A stretch of 64,000 nt of DNA, from assembly GCA_951406725.2 (NCBI GenBank), contig OX597827.1, positions 49,972,001-50,036,000 on the forward strand. The letters run 5' to 3'. A program made the translations under genes and the position numbers. Positions 24,369 to 35,509 of this stretch are shown here, piece after piece (the stretch's first letter is position 1; each line of letters begins with the position of its first letter). Source of the DNA: Octopus vulgaris. Taxonomy: Eukaryota. Under the pieces are notes generated by a model, which made no database searches, was not told the origin of the DNA, and saw nothing but the letters and a program-made list of their open reading frames with translations.

Positions 24369-25462
24369 ATATGTAGAATATTGGGTTTAAAATTTCTTGG
24401 ATAGAAAAAAATAAAAAAATGTTTGTGGGACTGAAACCTATATCTTCTGTAAACACATGTGCTTCAATTAAATCAAACCAACACTTTAAATTTTCACCAT
24501 TCCTTTTAGCAGCTGTATTCTTTCTAATGAGGATTGTATGTTGTTGTAACACCATAAGAATTCTAAATATAAAATAAATCATTTTCAATGGTGAAACTCA
24601 AACTAGATAAAACTATAGTTACTAGCATATAGAATATTAGATTTAAAAACCTCTTGAATGGAAAATTGTCAAAGGCTGAGCATGGGACTCAGACCTACAT
24701 CTATGAACATATGTGATACTATTATACCCAAGAAATCCTTCGAATATTCCCCATTCATTTTGAAGCTTTATTCTAATATTCTTATGATGTAAGCAACATC
24801 CAGTTCTCACTGGTAAGAATAAAGCTTCTATTATTCAAAGCGTTACTTTGGTATAATTATAGCATATTTGTTGTGTTCAGAAGTTAAAGTATGAAAGAAC
24901 GAGCAGGTTTCTTGTTGCAGAGAAGGTATGTGACTACTTCATACTATACAAAAGTGTGTAGGAGTAATTGGGTGGTGCTTGGATAGAGAGATAAAGATGG
25001 TAGTGACAAGGTTAGGGCTAGCTAACAGTGCCCAAGAAAGTGACTAAAAGAGACAGTGTGGGTGAAAGAAGATGGTGGGTGGGTATACTTTGCAAAAGTG
25101 TATGGGAAGAGTTGAAGATGGTTAAAGATGAAATAGGGGAGGTGTGATGAAGACACTGAATGGGTGAATGTTAAATAAGGGTGAAGGGGTGGTGAATGAT
25201 TAATAAGAATTGGTGAGAAGGTAGAAGAGACAGTTCTGAAAGAGTTAAGAGCAGCAAAATAAAAATATTACAGTAGACTAGAGACAGAATTAGAGAAAGT
25301 GAGATGTGGAACTGGTTGTTGGAATGTGTGTGCGAGAAGTGAAATGTAGTTTGGCAGTGAGCAAGAGACATATGGTGATAAGAATGAATCAACAGGAAGT
25401 GGTTCAGCTGTGACACATCTAAGTACACGCATACATAGATGCATCATCATCATCATTACTGT

Positions 25463-25670
25463 AGTGGAGACACTTGTGGTTAGAGCAGCGGACTCGCGGT
25501 CGAGGGATCGCGGGTTCGAATCTCAGACCAGGTGATGTGTATGTTTATGAGCGAAACACCTAAGCTCCACACGGCTCCGGCAGAAGGTAATGGCAAACTT
25601 CTGCTGATACTTTCACCACAACTTTCTTTCACTCTTTCCTCCTGCACCTTGCAGCTCACCTGCGACGGAC
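25463..25670 (+). mobile_element. tRNA-derived SINE A2, 3'-truncated
   Basis: Matches 9831-10134 up to CCTGCGACGGAC, then breaks off. Confidence 0.85.
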
Positions 25671-25742
25671 AGGGCAAAAGATCGCTCGATCTCAATTTTC
25701 AGTACGAATACGGACCGTGAAAGCGTGGCCCATCGATCCTTT
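25671..25742 (+). pseudogene. 28S rRNA fragment (~72 nt)
   Basis: AGGGCAAAAGATCGCTCGATCTCAATTTTCAGTACGAATACGGACCGTGAAAGCGTGGCCCATCGATCCTT matches the conserved eukaryotic LSU segment AGGGCAAAAGCTCGCTTGATCTTGATTTTCAGTACGAATACAGACCGTGAAAGC, recognised from memory. Confidence 0.85.
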
Positions 25743-26058
25743 CCGAATAACTCCCTATCCTGCTTCTTCTGAAGACTGTGATTATCAGAATGACTTCCAA
25801 AATATCAAATGAAGTGTTATTGACAGGTGCCATCTTCCCTGGAACTCATTATTTCCAGCTGTCTCCACAAGAGACTACATATACTTTACCAGCCTGCAAT
25901 ATATATCAACAAGAAGAATGGATTATCTTATTATTGCCACCAGAGATATGCCCTGTTAATGAACTTGAAGCCACTGATAGTTGACAATTGAGATATACCA
26001 CTTTATGCAAGGCAGCCCCTCTCATAAGCATAGGCTATTTCATCCTTCCACCCATATA

Positions 26059-26258
26059 TATTTCTTTACTGCCCACAAAGGGCTAAATATAGAGGGGACA
26101 AACAAGGACAAACAAAGGGATTAAGTCAATTACATCGACCCCAGTACGGATGATAGGCAAAGTCGACTTTGGCGGAATTTGAACTCAGAACATAACGACA
26201 GACGAAATACCACTAATCATTTCATCCGGCGCATTAACGTTTCTGCCAGCTTGCCGCC
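26059..26258 (-). mobile_element. SINE family C (internal deletion)
   Basis: Reverse complement of the 6624-6856 family. Confidence 0.85.
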
Positions 26259-26575
26259 ATATAGACAACAGCCACATTTATGTTAATCTAATGCTGTTGA
26301 TGTGTTGGTGCTCGACAGGGCAACTACTGGGCTACAGGCCCATGGCATCAGCCAACCCAGACATGTGTGGTACCAGGTGCACAGGACTGATGTCACTGAG
26401 TGCACTGTGCAGCAGCTTTCCACCATTTCATCCGAGCACATAGGCCTCAAAATAAAGAAAAGAACTTAATGCTATCTCTGTAGTTTTAACACCACATTAT
26501 CTGAACTAACAAATATAGGTCTAGCATCTGGAAGCCATTCTGAGTTTGTCTCAAATCATATTAATAGTTATTATA

Positions 26576-26975
26576 GGCGTAGGAGTGGCTGTGTGGTAAG
26601 TAGCTTGCTTACAAACCACATGGTTCAGTCCCACTACGGGGCACCTTGGGCAAGTGTCTTCTACTATAGCCTCGGGCCAACCAAAGCCTTGTGAATGGAT
26701 TTGGTAGACGGAAGCTGAAAGAAGCCCACCATATATATGTATGTGTGTGTGTGTGTGTGTTTGTGTGTCTGTGTTTGTCCCCCCAAAATCGCTTGCCAAT
26801 CGATGCTGGTGTGTTTATGTCCCCGTAACTTAGCGGTTCAGCAAAAGAGACTGATAGAATAAGTACTAGGCTTCAAAAGAGTAAGTCCTGGGGTCAATTT
26901 GCTCGACTAAAGGCGGTGCTCCAGCATGGCCACAGTCAAATGACTGAAACAAGTAAAAGAATAAAAGAAAAAGAA
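26576..26975 (+). mobile_element. SINE family B, full length
   Basis: Head, core and tail as in 18245-18676. Confidence 0.9.
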
Positions 26976-27325
26976 TAGTTGAGTGAGAGAACTGTAATGT
27001 GGGGAAATAATAAACAGTTCACCTACCTTCTTGTAGTTTTGCCATTTAGTTGTACTCAATCCAAAATTTGTGCCCAGCCTGTGCACCTAACGATAGCAGC
27101 CACTAGTACTCGTCCCTGTCAGCCTGCTTGCTTCACATCCATTTGCTGTGAGCAACCAAGGCCAAAAAGGATGACCCCTGGTTTTCCTTCCATCACTTTC
27201 CCTCTCACCCTTCCTGTTCCAGTCAAACCCTTTAACTGTTAATGTCACAGCCCTTTTCTTCCGGTTCATCCCTACATTAATCTCAAGGTATCTTGTAAGA
27301 TGGGCTTGTATCACAAGCTCATAGA

Positions 27326-27383
<58 letters not shown>

Positions 27384-27595
27384 GAGGGAGTAAAACTCCA
27401 AACTAACAGGGAAAAATTCAATATATATTAATTATATATATTATTTGTTATTTATGTATTGGTTTATGTCTATCACTGTTTGAGTTACATAATAGTGGTT
27501 TTATCTCTCATTCATATTATATATATATATATATATATATATAAAAAGCACCCAGTGACGGAAGTTGTTATATATATATATATATATATATATAT

Positions 27596-28748
27596 AACAA
27601 CTTCCGTCACTTTCCAGGAGGAAAAACTAGAAGTAGTTGATAGCTTCCGTTATCTAGGTGACCAAGTCAGTAGTGGGGGTGGGTGCATTGAAAGTGTAAC
27701 TGCTAGAATAAGAATAACCTGGGCAAAGTTTAGGGAGCTCTTACCTCTGCTGGTGACTAAAGGCCTCTCGCTCAGAGTAAAAGGCAGACTGTATGATGCA
27801 TGTGTACGAACAGCCGTGCTACATGGCAGTGAAACAAGGGCCGTGACTGCTGAGGACATGCGTAAGCTCGCGAGGAATGAAGCCAGTATGCTCCGATGGA
27901 TGTGTAATGTCAGTGTACATACTTGACAGAGCGTTAGTACCTTGAGAGAAATGTTGTACCTGAGAAGCATCAGTTGTGGTGTGCAAGAAAGACGATTGCG
28001 CTGGTATGGTCATGTGGCGAGAATAGATGAAGATAGGTGTGTGAGAAAGTGCCAATCCCTAGCAGTTGAGGGAACCCGTGGAAGAGGTAGACCCAAGAAA
28101 ACCTGCGACGAGGTGGTGAAGCACGACCTTCGAACTTTAGGCCTCACTGAGGAAATGACCAGCGACCGAGACCTTTGGAAATATGCTGTACGTGAGAAGA
28201 CCAGGCAGGACAAGTGAGCCCAGCCCACTTATGCATGCCTTTCCTCCCTTGGACACAAAGACCTGTTGAGGCAAGCGAAGTCGATATCGAACCTCATCCG
28301 ATGACAGGCACCCATGCCAACCCCCTTGCTTGCGAAGACATGTTGGGGCAAGTGAAATCGAATCGAAATCGAAATTGAACCAATCCTATGACTGGCACCC
28401 GGCAGATGCCAGGACCCCAGGACTGGTGGTACATAAAAAGCACTATCCGAATCGTGGCCGATGCCAGCGCCACCTCGACTGGCTTCCGTGCCGGTGGCAC
28501 GTAAATTGCACCAATCCGACTTTGGCCGTTGCCAGCCTCGCCTGGCACCTGTGCGGATGGCATGTAAAAAGCACCCACTACACTCACGGAGTGGTTGGCG
28601 TTAGGAAGGGCATCCAGCTGTAGAAACATTGCCAGATAAGACTGGAGCCTGGTGCAGCCTTCTGGCTTCCCAGATCTCCGGTCGAACCGTCCAACCCATG
28701 CTAGCATGGAGAACGGACGTTAAACGATGATGATGATGATGATGATGA
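27596..28748 (+). mobile_element. RTE LINE 3' portion (RT C-terminus, 3' UTR, (GAT)n tail)
   Basis: LEVVDSFRYLG, RLYDACVRTAVLHGSE, RRLRWYGHV, GTRGRGRPKKT, DRDLWK. The ORF is broken near 27926 and runs contiguously into the abundant 3' UTR repeat. Confidence 0.92.
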
Positions 28749-29020
28749 TAACACTTCTCTGAGAAGATTACAAAAATTCTGTTGATATGCATTTTCACCC
28801 ATTTTGTTTATATAACACAATCAGCTCAGCAACATCTAACCACTTATGTCTGTGTGCATGTGAGCATGTGTGTGTGTGTGCGTGCGCGTGTGCATGTGCG
28901 TGTGGGTGTGGGCTTGTGTGTGGGCAGGTGGGGAAAAGTGGTTAGAAGTTTCTGAAAAGGTAATGTTATATAAACAAAAAGGAGTGAAGATGCATAATAT
29001 TAAGAGATCTATTGTAACAA

Positions 29021-29218
29021 GTGACAATTATTTGGTAGCCACAATAAAACTCCGAGTTACGGATGTTGGGGGCAGAAACCCACGCTGCTATCTCTTCAGT
29101 TATCCGGCCATCGAAAAAGGGCTTTTTGATGGCCGGATAACTGAAGAGATGGCAGCATGGGATTCTGCCCTGACATTCGTAACTCGGAGTCTTATCATGG
29201 CTACCAAATAATTGTCAC
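29021..29218. repeat. 198-bp foldback carrying a hammerhead motif on each arm (+ 29136-29196; - 29043-29104)
   Basis: Arms are near-perfect reverse complements about a centre at 29119-29120. The + arm reads gataa CTGAAGA GATG..CATTC GTAA CTCGGAG TC ttatc. Confidence 0.8.
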
Positions 29219-29267
29219 ATATTATATTTACAGATATATATATATATATATATATACAAATATACCA

Positions 29268-29395
29268 CAGGCTTCTTACAGTTTCTGTTTACCAAATCCA
29301 CTCACAAGACTTAGGTTGGCCTGAGGCTATAGTAGACACTTGCCCAAAGTACCACACAGTGGGATTGAACCCAGAACCACATGGTTGAGAAGTAA
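29268..29395 (-). mobile_element. SINE family B, partial
   Basis: Family core on the minus strand. Confidence 0.75.
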
Positions 29396-30336
29396 AATTA
29401 TTAATCTGTTATTATACATCTGTTTTTTATAAACATAAATCTATCCTCAAATATCTTATGCACCCTATACATACGTGTATTCATATACGTATGTGTGTGT
29501 ATAAATTTATCTATAAATATGTTTGTATACATGTCTGTCTCTGTTGAATGATATGTGTCTAATTATATACTCCAAGTCACGGAGGTCATCAACCTGTAAA
29601 GATAGAAAAACAAATTCTAAGAATGGCCCTCCACCACTTTTAGCCTCCTCTTTCTTCACCCTCGGCCACTGCATGAAATGTTTCCTTTCTCATACTTGAA
29701 AACTTAGGTTTACTTTTGCTGTTTCCTTCTTTTATATAATTAATTAGATCTGGTATGACTAACAAACAGGAAGGCTACTCACAGGTCTGCAGTTCTTTGA
29801 AAATAGCCAATGCCAACCACGCTCAAATCTCTCTCAATACTTTCTGTCTCTTATTTCCCCTTTGGTATCTCAATTTGTTTCTCAGTTTGACACAGTCTTT
29901 ATTTTTCCCCACCCCCATTAAATTTTCTATCTTTAAGTCTCTGTAAACTTCTGTAAACTTCTCTTTCTAACTCACTTCTATCTTTTTTCTGCCTATCATC
30001 CTTTTTTTATACACTTTATTTCTTCCTCTGCCTTACTGTTTTTTTTTCCTTTTGTCACCTCACTTTTTCTCTTTCATGACAGACTCTGACCACAAATTCT
30101 CTACTTTACTATGTCTATCTATCTCCACATCTGTATATCTGTCTGTCCATCTACATCTACACACACACACACACACATGCACTCAACATTCCTATCTAAA
30201 CTTTCACTGTGTGCAAACCTAAAAGGCCAGATACCATTATTTGAGAAGACAAGAAAATGTATGTTCCGTGGATGATGCAAGCTGCCTTGCTGATGTGAAT
30301 ATCTCTTTCTTCTACTAAGGTCAAAAAACGACCACT

Positions 30337-30544
30337 GTTTCTTTATTACCCACAAGGGGCTAAACGCAGAGGGGGACAAACAAGGACAGACAAACGGATT
30401 AAGTCGATTACATCGACCCCAGTGCATAACTGGTACTTAATTTATCGACCCCGAAAGGATGATAGGCAAAGTCGACCTCGGTGGAATTTGAACTCAGAAC
30501 GTAGCGGCAGACGAAATACCGCTTAGCATTTCGCCTGGCGTGCT
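30337..30544 (-). mobile_element. SINE family C, head truncated
   Basis: Family sequence on the minus strand. Confidence 0.85.
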
Positions 30545-30846
30545 CAGGCTGGTGATTGATCCTGAATTTTTGTCAACACCAATTTATATTTGTAGTTAGG
30601 GAGTTCTGTGTCTAAAACCGGAAGTATAGGCTATTGTCTAAAACCCAAACTATAGCCTACAGAGGCTGCACACATAAACAATAGACAGACCGAACATCTA
30701 CAGAAAATAACAATAATACCCACCACCACCACCACACCACATAACATGATTATTAAAAACAGTAGGGAGGAAAAAAATATATAAACAGTGTAATACACAT
30801 ACAATAGACTAATATGCTCATATCTATGATAAATATAAGAAATACA

Positions 30847-31359
30847 GGATCTTTTCGGTTGGACCAGCAGTTTTTAAAAATAATTTCCACGTAACTAAAC
30901 ACTTTTAAACTTCGTATACTGGTAAAACGTGTTTATAAAACATCTTTTTCTCTTGGCTTTATTGAGAAAATTCTATATATGACCCTAGTATCGATCTATT
31001 GCATTTCAATCTGTTTTAGGGTTAGGGTTAGTTAGGGTGAGTTAGGGTTAGGGTTAGGAGTGGGGGGAAGCGTATCTTTTTTTCTTCACAAATGTAAATA
31101 AACCCAATCTGTTTCTTAAACGAGGGACATATTCATACGGCACAGAATGTTTTTTTTATACCTCAATGGACGTCATTGATTGGTTGAAATTGCAGAAATT
31201 GAAGAAAAAAACAAATATCTTACAAACTATAGAATTTTCTAAATATAGCCAAGAGAAAAAGATGTTTTATAAACACATTCTACCAGTATACGAAGTTTAA
31301 AAGAGTTTAGTTACGTGGAAAATTATTTTTAAAAATTGCCGTTCAAACCGAAAAGATCC
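30847..31359. mobile_element. Merlin-like non-autonomous element with ~130-bp inverted arms and an internal TTAGGG-like tract
   Basis: GGATCTTTTCGG...CCGAAAAGATCC; arms 30847-30978 and 31229-31359; TTAGGG-like units at 31016-31060. Confidence 0.75.
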
Positions 31360-31687
31360 GATTATTTGACTATTTGTGTATCAGGTAGACAAATGGTCCT
31401 GAAAAAACTTTCTGTAATTAAAGTGGCCTGCAATGTAATTCGAGTTGGCCAGGCGTGCTCTAAACAAAATTCTACTGAGCACAATCTCTTCTTGAAGAGA
31501 GGAGTTATCTCCCTTTGACCGGCTCGAGTTGCATCTGAAACTGGTCAACGCATACACGCTTTTTGTTTACTGAGATCCGTCTCCAAATTTTTGCAACAAT
31601 GTGAACTCTGCAAGTGGCAACAAACAACAAATTATGTTTACTATTCATGTAGGCCATAGAAGGTTTTGCACTCAGAATGCAAACGGC

Positions 31688-32161
31688 GGATCTTTTCGGT
31701 TTGAACAGCAGTTTTTAAAAATAATTTCCATGTAACTAAAAACACTTTTAAACTTCGTATACTGGTAGAATGTGTTTATAAAACATCTTTTGGCTTTATT
31801 GAGAAAATTTTATAGTTAGTAAGATATTTGTTGTTGTTTTTTTCTTCAATTTCTGCAATTTCAACCAATCAATGACGTCTATTGAGGTGAAAACATTCTG
31901 TGCCGTATGAATATGCCCCTCGTTTAAGAAACAGATTGGGTTTATTTACATTTCTGAAGAAAAAAGATACCCTTCCCCTCACCCTAAAACAGATTGAAAT
32001 GCAATAGATCGATACTAGGGTCATAATTATGGGTGACAATTTCATATGACACCACTTGAAAAACTGTTTTAGACGCAGAACTCCCTAACTACAAATATAA
32101 ATTGGTGTAGACAAAAATTCAGGGTCAATCACCAGCCTGAGTGTTCAAACCGAAACGATCC
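31688..32161. mobile_element. Merlin-like non-autonomous element with 8-bp TSD
   Basis: GGATC...GATCC termini; TSD CAAACGGC at 31680-31687 and 32162-32169. GG termini with an 8-bp TSD fit Merlin. Confidence 0.8.
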
Positions 32162-32301
32162 CAAACGGCTGGCACAAATACTGGAAGCACCACTACTGAT
32201 GCTCTACTCTGTGTTCTCTATAGACGTAGCTGACATGAAATTTTGACCACTCTGATGTTGTCCACAAAGGGCCTTCTGTGACTACCAATGTTGTACAACT
32301 A

Positions 32302-32355
<54 letters not shown>

Positions 32356-32676
32356 CAGTATCTGTTATATAGAATTATGAACTGTAATTATACTGTATGG
32401 AGGCCATGAACTCAGCATTGCTGATCTGTGAAATAATCATTATTCAAGCAGATGAACCATGAAAGCATGTTGTGTGGTCACTTAGCCCTTCAGAAATATT
32501 AACCAAATATATCTAAATTAAACCCACCTTGAAAAAGAAAGGACACATTAAATTATGTAGTCCTAAACAGATTATGTTTGAAGATAAAAGACAGAATGAT
32601 CATAGCAGGAATAACTTTTGATGACAGGGCTTAATAAAGACTAACCTGAAGCTGGATATAAGTCATCTACGACCTA

Positions 32677-32901
32677 TCATCATCATCATCGTTTAACGTC
32701 CGTTTTCCTTGCTAGCATGGGTTGGACGGTTCGACCGGGGTCTGGGAAGCCAGGAAGCTGCACCAGACTCCAGTCTGATCTGGCAGTGTTTCTACAGCTG
32801 GAACCACTCCATGAGTGTAATGGGTGCTTTTTACGTGCCACCGGCACAGGGGCCAAACGAGGCTGGCAACGGCCACGATTGGTTGGTGCTTTTTACGTGC
32901 C
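32677..32901 (-). mobile_element. RTE LINE 3' end
   Basis: (ATC)n GTTTAACGTCC... on the plus strand. Confidence 0.85.
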
Positions 32902-33392
32902 TATATAGCCTTTAAATATACATCTGTTTGTGTCAGTGAAGAATGGCATGTGAGAGACATTTAACTTTAGTTGTTGTATGCAACAATGCCACCATCTTGA
33001 GAACAGAACGGTTAAAAGGTGTGACCTACTATAATGAAATGTTCATCTCTTTTGTGATAGACGTTTTAGTCCAATATTAGGATTAGTATTGCTTATGACA
33101 GAGACTTATATTTTAAAACGGTTTATGTAACACTTAATTCCATATAAAGAAGGTATGATTAAGTAGTTGAAAGCTTGGTCTTGTCTTTTTTATGATGATG
33201 AGAACCAGACAGCTACTCTCACATTACCTCTTGTAAATATGGTGTAGAATCCGTCTACTGTTAAAGTGATATATATTTACTGTAGTACATAATTGCAGTT
33301 ATTGTAGCATTTGAAGACTGTCTTGGTTATAGTGTTAGAACAGGCACCTACTGTTACTGCTAGATTACATTTTTCACTATTATCTAAAATAC

Positions 33393-33802
33393 CAGTGTCA
33401 CCTTACTGGCACTTGTGCATGTGCTAGTAGGGTGCCAAGAGCACCACCCGAGCGTGATCGTTGCCAGAACAGCCAATTGGCTTCTGTACCTGTGGTATGT
33501 AAAAGGGCACCATTCGAGCATGATCGTTACCAACGTCGCTTCACTGGCACCTGTGCTGGTGGCACGTGTAAAAAGATTTGAGCGAGGTCATTGCCAGTAC
33601 CACCTGACTGGCCCCCGTGCCAGTGGCACGTAAAAAGCACCCACTACACTCTCGGAGTGGTTGGCGTTAGGAAGGACATCCAGCTGTAGAAATTCTGCCA
33701 GATCAGACTGGAGCCTGGTGTAGCCATCTGGTTCGCCAGCCCTCAATCAAAATCGTCCAACCCATGCTAGCATGGAAAGCAGATGTTGAACGATGATGAT
33801 GA
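33393..33802 (+). mobile_element. RTE LINE 3' UTR
   Basis: Tandem GGCAC/TAAAAAGCACC units and (GAT)n tail. Confidence 0.85.
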
Positions 33803-34627
33803 TACATAATCCTACAATATACGAATAATGATACATTGTTGCATGTACTGTTACTATGGGTTACTATGGGTTTTACATCATACCAGCTGTTATTAAGGTT
33901 ACAGTTTATCTGAACGTTACAAGACCATTATGAGTAATGTTTCAAATATATTAGTGCTCTAAGACATACTATTACTGCAATATTAAAACGTCAACTCTGC
34001 TACTGATGTAGTTGAACTACATATTTGCCCTTACTGTTACAATGCACCTGCTGTTAACATGATTTAACTACTATTTTCGTATCTCTGTAACATTAGAACC
34101 TGTGTGTTATTACCACGGTGCCCCGACATGTCTGCTGTTCTTGTGGTGTTGAACTTGCCTGCTTTTATTATAACGACATATGTGACATATTTGTCTCACT
34201 GGAATTATAATACAGCACAGCTATTTATTGACATATCAAAATATATTTCACAACAGTCCAACTGTGTCCAGTTTCTGTGGCTGAAGAGATAACCATTTCA
34301 GTGATAACCACTCTGAAATGCATAGATTCCATGGTCATTTCTGGTCAAGTAGTGCTGTGGGCTGATTTGGTGTATTTATACCCATTTGTTTACAGTAAGA
34401 AATTTTCTCCCTGACAAAATACAGTAAATGGCTTTCTTAAGGGATTGAATATGTCTCAAGCATATTTGAACTGGTAACAAGTCTGTACATATTTATACAC
34501 ATCACTGCTTGGTGCTGTCATTCCATAGTATATTGCACTGTATAGTCATTATTGCTTTAGGTTACAGAATACTTGGTACTTTCATTGTGGTAAACCTTCC
34601 ATGTCAGCATTTTGCATGAAACACTTA

Positions 34628-34856
34628 CTTGTACTTGTACTTGTGGTGACATTCACCTTGGGTAGGTTGAGTTGGCTTCTTCTACTCGTGGAAGAAGTTT
34701 CGTGGGAATGTGTGGATTTCACAAGCGGTCCCCAACAATCCCGCATGTGGAGACATCCAGTTTGCCGCAGATTGTCCACAGACGCAGAGACAGAACGACC
34801 GAGGAGCCGCTGGTTGCCGAGGTGAAAATCCTCGGAGTGTCTGCCTCGGCAACCGG
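34628..34856 (-). mobile_element. GC-rich non-LTR 3' end with (ACAAGT)n tail
   Basis: Minus strand ends ACAAGTACAAGTACAAGT; possible TSD CACTTA at 34622-34627 and 34857-34862. Confidence 0.5.
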
Positions 34857-34861
34857 CACTT

Positions 34862-35125
34862 ATGTGTGAAAATTATCGAATGATTCTTCTGATACTACGT
34901 GCAAATAAAATACTTTTGATCTTCATCCTAGAATGTTTGAAACCATTCCTTGAACAAGAAATAGCTAAAGAACAGATTGGCTTTAGAAGTGGATATGGTA
35001 CAAGAGCACACAACCATACAACTTTCTTTTGCTACATTGACCACTTGCTGAATGTAAACCTGCTTGACGAGCCTAATGAGGTGTTTTGGGAGGCTAAGAT
35101 TAGACATGATGCACCACATGTGGCC
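34862..35125. mobile_element. RTE (BovB-like) RT fragments in opposite orientations
   Basis: The + strand reads CENYRMILLI..ANKILL...EIAKEQIGFRSGYGTR; the - strand at 35037-35125 reads MWCIMSNLSLPKHLIRLVKQVY. Confidence 0.65.
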
Positions 35126-35356
35126 ATATTTTGCACAGCCAAAAAGTTCTTTTATAAAATATTGGCTGAAGGTTCTAATTTTAATATGAACACTTTAAAA
35201 TGAGAAGTTTTATATCAGAATCAGAGACTATCTAAGTTGGATTTGTATCAAAGGGTTTAAATATATTGTATTTGTTACTAGACATATATTATGTAAATTG
35301 GACTTTATTAATGTGATATTATAATGCATACCTTCTAAATTTATTTTTTCTTCTAG

Positions 35357-35509
35357 ATCCCTCTCCTGCTGTTATCAAAAGTGGACCTGAACACACATCT
35401 AACAGAACTGGTGGTATTGTTGTACTCTCATGTGAAGTAATGGGAAATCCTGTTCCAAATGTTATTTGGATGAAAACCAATGTGAACAACAAAACCATTC
35501 AAGTACCTG
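35357..35509 (+). CDS. IGFBP7: IGFBP7/IGFBP-rP1-family protein, Ig domain N-half (internal exon, phase 1-1)
   Basis: ttttttcttctag| ... |gtatgt, 153 nt. PSPAVIKSGPEHTSNRTGGIVVLSCEVMGNPVPNVIWMK aligns with IGFBP7 PSIVTPPKDIWNVTGAQVYLSCEVIGIPTPVLIWNK. Orthology among IGFBP7/KAZALD1/IGFBPL1 is not resolved. Confidence 0.9.

Noticed and set aside
31016-31060. Telomere
   Set aside because: Short, imperfect and internal to a TIR element.
34276-34332. Hammerhead-like CTGAAGA...GAAA TGCA TA
   Set aside because: The palindrome ATGCAT is present, but helix I cannot form and helix II overlaps the core; at best a decayed relic.
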